A stretch of DNA of 57,941 nucleotides from Candidatus Colwellbacteria bacterium CG10_big_fil_rev_8_21_14_0_10_42_22 (GCA_002773725.1 PFAH01000010.1:1-57941), one strand, 5' to 3'; counted from the stretch's first letter, positions 28,761 to 38,070 are shown. Numbers and translations are program-made. The notes: a model not told the origin generated them from the letters alone.

Positions 28761-30520
28761 GGGCTAATCTGGCCAAGGCGGACGCCCAAGTAGAAAAGGT
28801 TAGGCATTCGCTTGCTCATTTATTGGCGGCAGCAGTATTAGAGAAATTTCCGAAAGCTAAGTTGGGTATTGGTCCCGCCATAGACGATGGTTTTTATTAC
28901 GATTTTGATCTACCGCGCAACCTAACTCCGGAAGATCTAAAAGATATAGAAGCACGCATGAGGAATTTCATTAAGGAGGGACTTTCTTTTTCGGGTAAAA
29001 AAGCAACATCCGCTGTGGCGCGAAAAACATTTACGAACCAGCCCTTTAAACTCGACCTCATTAAAGATTTCGTTAAAGAGAAAAAACAGCTCTCAATCTA
29101 TAAAACAGGTGATGTTTTTGAAGACCTTTGTCGCGGAGGGCACGTTAAAAACACACGCGAGATTGATCCTAAGTCGTTCAAACTAGATCGCTTGGCTGGT
29201 GCTTATTGGAAGGGAGATGAAAAAAATAAACAACTTCAAAGAGTATATGGACTGGCATTCAAAACGTCCAAAGAGCTAAATGAATATATAAAACAACGCG
29301 AGGAAGCAGAAAAAAGAGACCATAAAGTTTTGGGTCCTCAGTTAGATCTTTTTACTTTTTCTGATTTGGTTGGCCCCGGACTCCCTCTTTGGACCCCCAT
29401 GGGTACACGTATGCGTCACCTTTTAGATGAATTTGTTTGGTCACTTCGTAAAGAGCGTGGCTATGAAAGGGTTGAAATTCCTCATATTACTAAAAAAGAA
29501 CTTTATGAAACTTCTGGGCATTGGGATAAATTTCAGGATGAACTTTTTCACGTGAGAAGTCGCGAAGGTCATGAGTTTGTTATGAAACCGATGAACTGCC
29601 CTCACCACATTCAAATACTCCAACGCAAACAGTTAAGTTATCGAGATATGCCTGTTAGGTATGCCAATACCACCACCTGTTACAGAGACGAGCAATCCGG
29701 CGAGTTATCCGGTATTGCCAGGGCTAGATCTTTTACTCAAGACGATGCGCATGTCTTTTGTAGACAATCTCAGGTAAAAGAGGAATTCTTTAAAATCTGG
29801 GATATTGTTGATGCCTTTTATAAAGGAGTTGGTTTTGTTGAACTAGAAGTACGCATTTCAGGACACGACCCTAAGAATTTTGACGCCTATCTTGGTACTA
29901 AGGCGAGCTGGCAAAAAGCGGAAAAGGCCCTGAAAGATATCGCACGCGAACGCAAAGCTAGGGTAAAATTTGTTGAGGGTGAAGCCGCTTTCTATGGTCC
30001 AAAAATCGATTTTATTGCTTTCGATTCTTTGGGTAGAGAACGCCAGGTCGCCACTATTCAGCTGGATATGAATATGCCTGACCGATTTGATATTTATTGT
30101 ATAGATGAAAAGGGCAAGCACGAACGATTAGTAATGATTCACGCTGCTATCATGGGTTCTATCGAGAGATTTATGTCTATATTTATAGAGCATACTGCTG
30201 GTGCTTTCCCGGTGTGGGTTTCCCCCATTCAAGTACAAGTCGTTCCTGTAAGTAAAAAACATGGCCCTTACGCTAAAAAGATAGTTAAAGAGTTAGAACA
30301 TGAAAATATTAGAGTATATCTTTCTGATTCAGACGAAACTTTGGGCAAACGTATTCGTGAGGGGGAACAGGCCAAAATTCCATATCTATTAATAGTTGGC
30401 GATAAAGAAGAATCATCTGATTCTGTTGCGGTCCGTAAGCGCGGGAAGGGAGACATTGGTGCTCAAAAACTATCACAGTTTATAAAGATCTTGAACGAGG
30501 AGATCTATAAAAAGAAATAG
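28730..30520 (+). CDS. thrS: Threonine--tRNA ligase (lacks N1/TGS domain)
   Basis: RHSLAHLLA, KPMNCP, RARSFTQDDAH and FYGPKID motifs. Confidence 0.97.
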   Translation: MPKRKRNNSVGANLAKADAQVEKVRHSLAHLLAAAVLEKFPKAKLGIGPAIDDGFYYDFDLPRNLTPEDLKDIEARMRNFIKEGLSFSGKKATSAVARKTFTNQPFKLDLIKDFVKEKKQLSIYKTGDVFEDLCRGGHVKNTREIDPKSFKLDRLAGAYWKGDEKNKQLQRVYGLAFKTSKELNEYIKQREEAEKRDHKVLGPQLDLFTFSDLVGPGLPLWTPMGTRMRHLLDEFVWSLRKERGYERVEIPHITKKELYETSGHWDKFQDELFHVRSREGHEFVMKPMNCPHHIQILQRKQLSYRDMPVRYANTTTCYRDEQSGELSGIARARSFTQDDAHVFCRQSQVKEEFFKIWDIVDAFYKGVGFVELEVRISGHDPKNFDAYLGTKASWQKAEKALKDIARERKARVKFVEGEAAFYGPKIDFIAFDSLGRERQVATIQLDMNMPDRFDIYCIDEKGKHERLVMIHAAIMGSIERFMSIFIEHTAGAFPVWVSPIQVQVVPVSKKHGPYAKKIVKELEHENIRVYLSDSDETLGKRIREGEQAKIPYLLIVGDKEESSDSVAVRKRGKGDIGAQKLSQFIKILNEEIYKKK

Positions 30521-30531
30521 GTTCTTTTTCC

Positions 30532-31479
30532 ATGCGCAAAGAACCTAATAGAAAACCGAGGGTGGTGGCGATTGTAGGGCCTAATGCGTCCGGCAAATCC
30601 GAAATTGCTCTCGAGCTTGCTATTAAACACAACGGAGAAATTATCTCCGCTGACTCCAGACAGGTATATAGGGGGCTCAATCTGACGGCCGGTAAAGTGC
30701 CGGGTAGTTGGCAAAGAGAGGGGCTCAAAAGAAAGTTCATCTATCATGGTATTCCCCATTATTTAACTGATGTTATCTCTCCCAGAAAACGTTTTACCGT
30801 TCAAAACTTCAAGAAAAAAGCATCTAGGGCAATTGACGATATTCTTAAGCACGGTAAATTGCCTATCATAGAGGGTGGTTCTGGATTCTATGTAGACGCT
30901 CTTTTACACGACATCAACATTCCTAAAGTGCCACCGAACAGAAAATTACGCCGAGAGTTAGAAAAATTAGATAATGAAGCTCTTTTAAGAAGATTAACGG
31001 CTCTTGATGCTCATACTGCTAAACGTATAGATCAAAATAATCGACGTCGCATTATAAGGGCTATTGAAATTGTAGTTATGACCAGAAGCCCAATCCAAGG
31101 TACTGGCCTTGTTAATTATGAACACTCCCCTTACGACATTTTAAAAATTGGTATATCCTATCCAGCCGATGAACTAAAAAGAAAGATTAAAAAACGCCTA
31201 AGAAGCAGATTGAAAGAAGGCATGATAAACGAAGTAAAGAGTTTGCATCGGAGGGGTCTTAGCTGGCGTCGCCTTGAGGAATTGGGGCTAGAATTTAGAT
31301 ATATAGCAAAACACTTACAAGGAAAATTATCTCTTGAAGAGATGGAATCAACGCTAGTCACCCAAACTTGGCAATACGCTAGACGTCAATTAACTTGGTT
31401 TAAAAGAGATAAGAATATTATTTGGATAGATGCTCCCGCAAAAGCTCTTCCACTCGTTCGGGATTTCCTGTCCCCCTAA
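30532..31479 (+). CDS. miaA: tRNA dimethylallyltransferase
   Basis: GPNASGKS, ISADSRQVY and YARRQLTWF motifs. Confidence 0.95.
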   Translation: MRKEPNRKPRVVAIVGPNASGKSEIALELAIKHNGEIISADSRQVYRGLNLTAGKVPGSWQREGLKRKFIYHGIPHYLTDVISPRKRFTVQNFKKKASRAIDDILKHGKLPIIEGGSGFYVDALLHDINIPKVPPNRKLRRELEKLDNEALLRRLTALDAHTAKRIDQNNRRRIIRAIEIVVMTRSPIQGTGLVNYEHSPYDILKIGISYPADELKRKIKKRLRSRLKEGMINEVKSLHRRGLSWRRLEELGLEFRYIAKHLQGKLSLEEMESTLVTQTWQYARRQLTWFKRDKNIIWIDAPAKALPLVRDFLSP

Positions 31480-32839
31480 GATCGCCCATAACCTGCCCTA
31501 AAAGAAACTTGAGGGCACTCTCTTTACCCTTTTTATAGTCCAATACGGCTTTGGAGTTATTTTTAATCGCTTTATTTACTGCTTCTTCAACCCTTTCATC
31601 ACTTGAGCCAACCAATCCCGATTCATTTATAATTTGACTGGGGTCAGCACCGGTTTCAAACATTTCTCTAAGCACCGTCTTGGCTACTCGCGAGGTTACT
31701 TTGTTGCTATTAATGAGGGTTATTAATTCAGCAAAGTTTTCTGGTGTAACTTTAAAATCATCCCAACCGGACTTTATCTCATTCATAATCCCCACTAGAT
31801 CGCTGTCTATATAATTGATGGCAAGTTTAATCTTGTTAGGATCTTTATCTCCAAGCTCTGAAACCACCTCTTCAAAAAATTCCGCTTCTCCCCTGTCTTT
31901 GATTAAGCGTTCTAAAACGTCTCCATCACTGAATCCATATTCTTTCTTAAATCTTTCTCGTTTCTCCCAAGGTAATTCGGGTAATTCTTTTTTGAGTTCT
32001 TCGATATTGATTTCGTTGCTGGCTGAAAAGTCCATTGGTGGCAAATCTGGTTCTGGCATATATCTATAATCATTTGCCTCCTCTTTGATTCTTTGAGAAA
32101 AGCTTTTCCTTTTGCCCTCATCCCAACCCCGTGTTTCTTGGATTACCTTTTCCTCCTCCTCAAGTAACTTCGTTTGCCTCTCTATCTCGCTAGCAATGGC
32201 GTCCTTAACCGACTTAAAAGAGTTAATGTTCTTAACCTCTACCTTGGTGCCAAGCTTCTTATCTTTACTGACTGATATATTGGCCTCCACCCTCATTTGC
32301 CCCTTTTCCATATCAGCATCAGATACATGTAAGTAACGGAGTACGAGCTGAAGTTCACGAGCAAATTCAAGCGCTTTTTCTGATGAATCAATAACTGGCT
32401 TAGTAACCAACTCCATTAAAGGCACGCCTGCTCGATTGAAGTCCACTAAAGAGCCATCTTTAGCGTGTGATAGGCGCCCGGTGTCTTCTTCAAGATGGAT
32501 TCTCTCAATCTCTACACCGGCGAGCTTACCTCCTTCAATCAAGGGTTGATCATATTGAGATATTTGATAGCCCTTAGGAAGGTCGGGGTAGAAATAACTT
32601 TTTCTATCAAATTTGGAATGCTTTGATACTTTCCCACCGATCGCCAGCCCAACCTTAATTACAGATTTTACTGCTTCTTTGTTTATCACGGGTAAAACAC
32701 CGGGATGGGCCAAACAAACCGGACAGATATTAGTATTAGGTCCTGCATCGTGTGGGTTGTTCTCGCACGCACAAAACATCTTACTTTTGGTCGCTAACTC
32801 CGCGTGAATCTCTAATCCAATTGTGGGCTTATATTTCAT
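31418..32839 (-). CDS. gatB: Asp/Glu-tRNA amidotransferase subunit B
   Basis: IGLEIHAEL, YPDLPKGYQISQ, IHLEED and DYRYMPEPDLP motifs. Confidence 0.97.
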   Translation of the reverse strand: MKYKPTIGLEIHAELATKSKMFCACENNPHDAGPNTNICPVCLAHPGVLPVINKEAVKSVIKVGLAIGGKVSKHSKFDRKSYFYPDLPKGYQISQYDQPLIEGGKLAGVEIERIHLEEDTGRLSHAKDGSLVDFNRAGVPLMELVTKPVIDSSEKALEFARELQLVLRYLHVSDADMEKGQMRVEANISVSKDKKLGTKVEVKNINSFKSVKDAIASEIERQTKLLEEEEKVIQETRGWDEGKRKSFSQRIKEEANDYRYMPEPDLPPMDFSASNEINIEELKKELPELPWEKRERFKKEYGFSDGDVLERLIKDRGEAEFFEEVVSELGDKDPNKIKLAINYIDSDLVGIMNEIKSGWDDFKVTPENFAELITLINSNKVTSRVAKTVLREMFETGADPSQIINESGLVGSSDERVEEAVNKAIKNNSKAVLDYKKGKESALKFLLGQVMGDLRGTGNPERVEELLREHLSK

Positions 32840-32865
32840 ACTTAGTCCCATCATATCATTTTATC

Positions 32866-32894
32866 TTGACCCCTAAAAAGCTTTTTGCTATGTT
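32866..32894 (+). promoter_or_regulatory. sigma70 promoter of the GC-rich HIT gene
   Basis: TTGACC-17bp-TATGTT with extended -10 TG; GGAGGT SD before ATG 32935. Confidence 0.7.
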
Positions 32895-32934
32895 GCCTGC
32901 CGGAGTACCCTACATCTAGCGCGGAGGTGCCGTA

Positions 32935-33393
32935 ATGGTCGTCAACGATACTCCTGATTCGGGCAAAGGCATTCTCTACAACACAAGATGGGCTGGTGAC
33001 TACAGAGGGAAGCTCGAAGAAGCAGAGAAGAGGGGCGTTTGCATCTTCTGTCTCAAAGAACTCGAAAGGAGTGGGCGGAAGTTTCGACGTCTCGACTCGG
33101 CCATCATGTTCGAGAACGAGTTTCCCTCCAAGGGCGCGAAGATTCACCTGCTCATCGTGTCAGAACGTCACGTGACGAGCCCCGCCGATCTACATCTCCA
33201 CGAGTGGATGGACATACTCAGAATGTTCATTCAGGTAACCGAAGAGATGGGTGTTGATGGAGGAGCGTTGGTAGTTCGTTTCGGCGACTCCGACATCTCT
33301 GGGGCAACTGTTCACCACCTCCATTTCCACCTAGTGGTACCGAAGCTTGACGAGAGGGGTCTGTCAACTCCAGTCGCTTTCTACGTCGGGTAA
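32935..33393 (+). CDS. HIT-family protein (GC-rich, SD-led copy)
   Basis: CIFC zinc motif and HLHFH histidine triad. Confidence 0.85.
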   Translation: MVVNDTPDSGKGILYNTRWAGDYRGKLEEAEKRGVCIFCLKELERSGRKFRRLDSAIMFENEFPSKGAKIHLLIVSERHVTSPADLHLHEWMDILRMFIQVTEEMGVDGGALVVRFGDSDISGATVHHLHFHLVVPKLDERGLSTPVAFYVG

Positions 33394-33404
33394 AGGACCG
33401 ACAA

Positions 33405-33454
33405 CGAACTTCGGCGACCTGAATTGCGAAAGCAATTCGGGTTGCCGAGGTTCG
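33405..33454 (+). other. 23-bp RNA stem with GAAA tetraloop
   Basis: CGAACTTCGGCGACCTGAATTGC-GAAA-GCAATTCGGGTTGCCGAGGTTCG; 20 Watson-Crick and 3 G-U pairs. Confidence 0.8.
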
Positions 33455-33492
33455 AGGTATTATAATTAAGAAACGCTTGTTAAAATATTTAT

Positions 33493-33939
33493 ATGAGCAA
33501 GTCACGTTTTATAAACAAATCTCATGTCCGCACGGGTAACCAAAGCGAGATTATGGACGAAATTGAAAAAGAAGGGGTTTGTCCTTTTTGTGAAGAAAAT
33601 TTAGAACGTTTTCATGGCAAACCGGTAGTTGAAGAAACGCAGTATTGGTCATTATTAGAGGCAAAATGGCCGTATAGCCATGCGCGCGCTCATCTTCTTT
33701 TAGTTGCAAGTCGTCATATGGAAGATATTTCCGAGCTTGAACCCGAAGAGTGGAAAGATATGCTGGAGCTAGCCCAATGGGCATCTAATCAATATAAAAT
33801 AGCCGGTGGTGCCTTGGCGTTAAGGTTTGGTGATTCTAATTTGACGGGGGCAACGGTCCACCATCTACATGCCCACCTCATAGAGCCCGAAGCGGACGAA
33901 GACGGCAAGGCAAAGCTAGTTAATTTTCCTATTGGTTAA
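33493..33939 (+). CDS. HIT-family protein (host-like, leaderless copy)
   Basis: CPFC and HLHAH motifs; TAAAAT 6 nt before ATG. Confidence 0.88.
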   Translation: MSKSRFINKSHVRTGNQSEIMDEIEKEGVCPFCEENLERFHGKPVVEETQYWSLLEAKWPYSHARAHLLLVASRHMEDISELEPEEWKDMLELAQWASNQYKIAGGALALRFGDSNLTGATVHHLHAHLIEPEADEDGKAKLVNFPIG

Positions 33940-34772
33940 ATTCCTACTGGAATTTTAATAAATGGGTGGGGGTCATATCCCTCAAGTTCAAAATCGTCTG
34001 GTTTAAACTCAAATATATCTTTAACGTCTTTATTTATCTTAAGCTTTGGTAGTCGGCGCGGTTCTCTTGTAAGTTGTTCCTTGATTGGATCCACTTGGTC
34101 AAGATAAATGTGCGTGTCTTGAGTGGTGTGTATGAAATTGCCGGGTTTATATCCGGTTACTTGAGCCAACATCACTAAAAGTAATGAGTATGAGCTGATA
34201 TTGTAGGGCACTCCAATCGGTACATCTGCGCTTCTTTGAACCATATTGAGATGAAGTTCTTGAGTTTCTAGATCTACGTAACATTTAAAATCTCCGTGGC
34301 AGGGCGCCACCATCACATCATCAACCGAAGCAGGATTATAGGCAACGACCTTGTGTCGTCTAGAGTCGGGGTTCTTTCTAAGTTCTTCCACAAGGCGTTT
34401 AATTTGGTTAAGTTCGCCGTCTCTTTTAACATCTGGCCAATGAATCCAGTTCGGTCCGTATATCGGCCCAAAGTCCCCTTCTTCTAAACCATATTTCTCG
34501 GCTACTTCCTTAACACCCCATACGTCCCATATTTTAACGTTATATTTGTGCAGATAATCCCACCTGCTCTCGCCAGACAAGAACCACAAGAGCTCTACTA
34601 CTACGTTATGAAAATTTATCTTCTTGGTGGTTAGTACTGGGAAGGCGTCTTCGCTTACGGGGTACGTTTTAGTCCTTACAAAGACAGACAAGTCACCCGA
34701 ACCCTGTAGGGTTTTTTCTCTCCTCTTGCCGTTTTGAAGCACATCTTCAACTAAATCTAAGTATTGTTTCAT
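33936..34772 (-). CDS. thyA: Thymidylate synthase
   Basis: ELLWFL, catalytic PCH, QRSAD..PYN (dUMP-specifying Asn), DTHIY. Confidence 0.95.
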   Translation of the reverse strand: MKQYLDLVEDVLQNGKRREKTLQGSGDLSVFVRTKTYPVSEDAFPVLTTKKINFHNVVVELLWFLSGESRWDYLHKYNVKIWDVWGVKEVAEKYGLEEGDFGPIYGPNWIHWPDVKRDGELNQIKRLVEELRKNPDSRRHKVVAYNPASVDDVMVAPCHGDFKCYVDLETQELHLNMVQRSADVPIGVPYNISSYSLLLVMLAQVTGYKPGNFIHTTQDTHIYLDQVDPIKEQLTREPRRLPKLKINKDVKDIFEFKPDDFELEGYDPHPFIKIPVGI

Positions 34773-35593
34773 ATTTTAACTTTATAAATCTTAATATTAT
34801 TTGTGTCCAATATCATCTTTCCTTCCAGATTGGATGAACCTTCGCCAAAATAACATTCCCCTATGCCCGATGCGACTATGAGTTTTGCACATGCAGAACA
34901 TGGAAAGTGGGTTATAAAAAGTTTGGTTCCATCTAAAGATATACCCGCCTTGGCTGCCCTTGAGATGATTTGTTGTTCGGCATGAATCGTACCGGATAGG
35001 TCAGGTCTTTCCCCTACTTCCATATAGTCCCTAACGTCTCCTATTTGATAAGGTGTGTGGTCAGATGGCGTTCCCTGATTGTATGCCTCAAGTATTACTT
35101 TTCCATCTTTTAACAATACTGCACCAACTTGTCGCCATTGGTCAGAGCTTTTTTCCGCCTGGGTGTATGCCCTCTTTATCATGGAAATGCTTTTTTCATC
35201 CAAGACCTCTTCTTCTTGGGACGGCTCTTCTTTAAAGACGCTAGATCTATCTCTCTTGAGAAAGACGTTCAACCATTTGATATCCGCCCCTTTTAGATGT
35301 CTTTCTACAAGCGCCCTAGAGGCATCGTCTTCAACCATTATTAAAGAATCGTCTTTTAGACCTGCAATATTCTCTTTTTTAAGTATTTCTACGTCTTCAT
35401 ACCCTAAATTCTGAAGAATCTTTTTTGCAACGTCTTCTTCCAAGGGTCTGATGGCGTGTGCGTATGGAATAAGTTTTTTTGAAAGTTCCTCTCCAATAAT
35501 ATAGACCCTTTCAATCTCCTGACTGTTGTTATCTAAAATGTCTAAATACCCTTGATGAATAACGGGCATTTGCAAAACTAGATTACGCTTCAT
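34769..35593 (-). CDS. dCMP deaminase-like protein with ~130-aa N-terminal extension
   Basis: HAE and PCSAC zinc motif; N-terminal PVIHQGY; start at MKRNLV overlaps the upstream stop. Confidence 0.85.
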   Translation of the reverse strand: MKRNLVLQMPVIHQGYLDILDNNSQEIERVYIIGEELSKKLIPYAHAIRPLEEDVAKKILQNLGYEDVEILKKENIAGLKDDSLIMVEDDASRALVERHLKGADIKWLNVFLKRDRSSVFKEEPSQEEEVLDEKSISMIKRAYTQAEKSSDQWRQVGAVLLKDGKVILEAYNQGTPSDHTPYQIGDVRDYMEVGERPDLSGTIHAEQQIISRAAKAGISLDGTKLFITHFPCSACAKLIVASGIGECYFGEGSSNLEGKMILDTNNIKIYKVKI

Positions 35594-36170
35594 TTTCTTT
35601 TCCATTTTCACCAAATAAGTCCTGTTGAGGCACTCTTTTGGGTTTACGAAGTTTACGAATGTTTTTCGCCAAATGTGTTTTTAAAACATTTTGGATAATG
35701 TCGGTTGATGATGTTTGCTCGGCCTGGCGTGGAATCACCTCCAGTTTTCCACAATATTTATTAATCATCTCTTCTTGTTCGGGTGTATAACTGTCCCCGC
35801 TGACAGATATAAAAACGTCCATCGGCACTTGTTTTATCATTCCATACTGCCAGTTGCCCCTGATATCCACATCGTGTATGGGCACGACATAATCGATACA
35901 TTCTTGATAACAAAGCATCTCCATTCTTTCCTCCTCGGGAATGATGGGTCGATTAGGTCCTTTATAAAACTTAATCGCTTCATCACTATCCACGCCAACT
36001 ATTAAGACGTCTCCATAATCTTTGGCTGTGTTTAGATATCTAACGTGTCCGATGTGGAGCATATCCCATGAACCAATGGTACAGACCACTTTATGGCCAA
36101 GTATTTTGTGGGCTTCAACTTTCTTCGCCAGCTCTTTGTAGTCCGTGACTATTTTATCCCTGATGTTCAT
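35583..36170 (-). CDS. Cytidylyltransferase/adenylyltransferase-family (HIGH) protein, RfaE-II-like
   Basis: GSWDMLHIGH, VGVDSD, KGPNRPI..EER and TSSTDII motifs. Confidence 0.88.
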   Translation of the reverse strand: MNIRDKIVTDYKELAKKVEAHKILGHKVVCTIGSWDMLHIGHVRYLNTAKDYGDVLIVGVDSDEAIKFYKGPNRPIIPEEERMEMLCYQECIDYVVPIHDVDIRGNWQYGMIKQVPMDVFISVSGDSYTPEQEEMINKYCGKLEVIPRQAEQTSSTDIIQNVLKTHLAKNIRKLRKPKRVPQQDLFGENGKENEA

Positions 36171-36223
36171 GTTTGATATAAGCTATACTTCTACTAAACG
36201 GATTATAAGTTAGGATATAAAGC

Positions 36224-36712
36224 ATGGCAAAAGTTAGCATCATAGCTGCTATTTCTAAAGAGAAACGGGCGCTTGGAAAAGATAATCAACTTCTTTGGAA
36301 TATCAGCGAAGACCTCAAAAGATTTAAGCGCATCACACTCGGACATCCCATTATCATGGGGCGCAAAACATACGAATCTATCGGCAGGCCCCTCCCCGGC
36401 AGGACGAATATAGTTGTCAGTAAAAATAAAGGTTTTAAGGCCGAGGGGTGCTTAATCTTTGGTTCACTAGAGGAGGCAATCGATGAAGCTAAGCGTCTAG
36501 ACATAGATGAAATATTTATAATTGGAGGTGGGGAAATATATAAACAAACCCTGCCTTTAGCAGACAAACTCTATTTGACTCTGGTTGAGGACGAGATGGA
36601 AGCGGACACATACTTCCCTGATTATTCAGGGTTTGAAAAAACTCGTGAGGAGCGGGGCGAGCAAGGTGAGTTAAAGTTCTCTTGGGTTGATCTAGAACGC
36701 GATTTATCTTGA
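36224..36712 (+). CDS. folA: Dihydrofolate reductase
   Basis: DLKRFK, IIMGRKTYESIGRPLPGRTNIV, IGGGEIY and ADTYFP motifs. Confidence 0.97.
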   Translation: MAKVSIIAAISKEKRALGKDNQLLWNISEDLKRFKRITLGHPIIMGRKTYESIGRPLPGRTNIVVSKNKGFKAEGCLIFGSLEEAIDEAKRLDIDEIFIIGGGEIYKQTLPLADKLYLTLVEDEMEADTYFPDYSGFEKTREERGEQGELKFSWVDLERDLS

Positions 36713-36735
36713 GCTTGTCGGGGGGGGAGGAGGGG

Positions 36736-37161
36736 CTAACCTTCTACTTCAATGCCCATACTTCGAGCAGTGCCTTCGATGATTTTCACAGCTGACTCAA
36801 TCTTGTCAGCATTGAGATCTTCCATTTTCTTTTCAGCAATTTCCTGAATTTGCTTCTTATTCACTTTACCTACCTTCTTTTTATTGGGCTCGCCGGATCC
36901 CTTTTGGATATTGGCTGCCTTACGGAGTAAATCTGATGCAGGTGGAGTTTTTAATCTGAAACTAAAGCTTCTATCTTCATAGACAGTAATTTCGACGGGA
37001 ATAATGTCCCCTCCCATTTCCTTGGTGGCTTCATTAAATTGAGTACAGAAATCCTGAATAGAAAGACCGTGCTGACCCAAAGCGGGCCCGATTGGAGGAG
37101 CTGGGTTTGCCTGTCCGGCACGGATCTGAAGTTTTAACTCTGATTTAATCTTTTTTGCCAT
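36736..37161 (-). CDS. rplK: 50S ribosomal protein L11
   Basis: [18 protein letters not shown] and GTARSMG motifs. Confidence 0.98.
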   Translation of the reverse strand: MAKKIKSELKLQIRAGQANPAPPIGPALGQHGLSIQDFCTQFNEATKEMGGDIIPVEITVYEDRSFSFRLKTPPASDLLRKAANIQKGSGEPNKKKVGKVNKKQIQEIAEKKMEDLNADKIESAVKIIEGTARSMGIEVEG

Positions 37162-37198
37162 AATTTTCTGAAATTTATTTTAGTTAAAATTATGAGCA

Positions 37199-37213
37199 TC
37201 CGCCTCCGGCGGA
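37199..37213. repeat. Short palindrome TCCGCC-TCC-GGCGGA between nusG and rplK
   Basis: Hairpin in a 63-bp intergenic gap. Confidence 0.5.
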
Positions 37214-37224
37214 GCCATTATTGT

Positions 37225-37782
37225 TTATAATTTTTTTATCTGTAGCGAGTCCAGCTCAACGGCCGTATCTCTGCCGAAAACCGGAACCATTACTTTAATC
37301 CTTCCCCGCTGGTCGTCAACCTCGGCCACCTTGCCATCATAGTCCTTGAAGGGCCCATCTATTATTCTAACCGTTTCTCCAATACTTACATCCAACTTCA
37401 ATTCCGGTTCGCCTGCTCCCATGCGCGCCATTAATGATTCAACCTCTTCAAACGAAAGTGGAGTCGGATTGGTGGAATCAGATCCTACAAAACCAGTAAC
37501 GCGAGGGGTGTTTCTTACCACATACCAAGAATCGGGCTCCATCGTCATTTGCACTAATACGTATCCTGGGTATATCTTATCTTCTACCGTGATTCTTTTC
37601 CCGCTTCTAATTTTTATTTTCTTTTCTTTAGGAACAAGGATTTTGAATATCTTGTCATTCATCTCGAGTGAATCTACTCGTTGTTTTAGGTAGCGGGCAA
37701 CTGCGTCTTCATAACCAGCATAGGTGTGCACCGCAAACCACTGGGCGATACCCTTCTCCTGTTGTTTCTGCGCTTCAGCCAT
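37225..37782 (-). CDS. nusG: Transcription factor NusG
   Basis: WFAVHTYAGYE, YPGYVLV, VRNTPRVTGFVG, KOW motif. Confidence 0.98.
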   Translation of the reverse strand: MAEAQKQQEKGIAQWFAVHTYAGYEDAVARYLKQRVDSLEMNDKIFKILVPKEKKIKIRSGKRITVEDKIYPGYVLVQMTMEPDSWYVVRNTPRVTGFVGSDSTNPTPLSFEEVESLMARMGAGEPELKLDVSIGETVRIIDGPFKDYDGKVAEVDDQRGRIKVMVPVFGRDTAVELDSLQIKKL

Positions 37783-37784
37783 TT

Positions 37785-37970
37785 TTATTTAACAATTAAT
37801 TCCAATAAATATACGAACGCAAAGTCCAAAGCGCCCAGGTAAGCCGCAATTATAAGCGAAACCACAATCACCACCATAACTAAAACAGTCGCTTCCTTGC
37901 GACTCGGCCAATTTATTCTCTTAAATTCACGAGTTGACTCCTTTATATAAAGTCTGAATTTACTAAACAT
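37785..37970 (-). CDS. secE: Preprotein translocase SecE
   Basis: EFKRINWPSRKE plus one TM; start trimmed to MFSKF. Confidence 0.93.
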   Translation of the reverse strand: MFSKFRLYIKESTREFKRINWPSRKEATVLVMVVIVVSLIIAAYLGALDFAFVYLLELIVK

Positions 37971-38020
37971 ATGCGCTCTAAATAATAGCGAAGGAGTCGA
38001 CTCTTCGCAAGACCAGTCAT

Positions 38021-38055
38021 AAAAGAATGATGCCACGCTGGTTGCGTGGCATCTG
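38021..38055 (-). repeat. 35-bp terminator-type repeat, copy 1
   Basis: Identical to 40408-40442; minus strand GATGCCACGC-AACCA-GCGTGGCATC followed by ATTCTTTT. Confidence 0.9.
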
Positions 38056-38070
38056 TGTGAGGATTTCTTT

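Noticed and set aside
33936-34772. Phage-type dCMP/dUMP hydroxymethylase
   Set aside because: Retains Asn in PYN and is paired with DHFR, consistent with canonical ThyA.
38021-38055. Integron attC site
   Set aside because: No RYYYAAC/GTTRRRY ends or extrahelical bases, and no intI; it behaves like a terminator.
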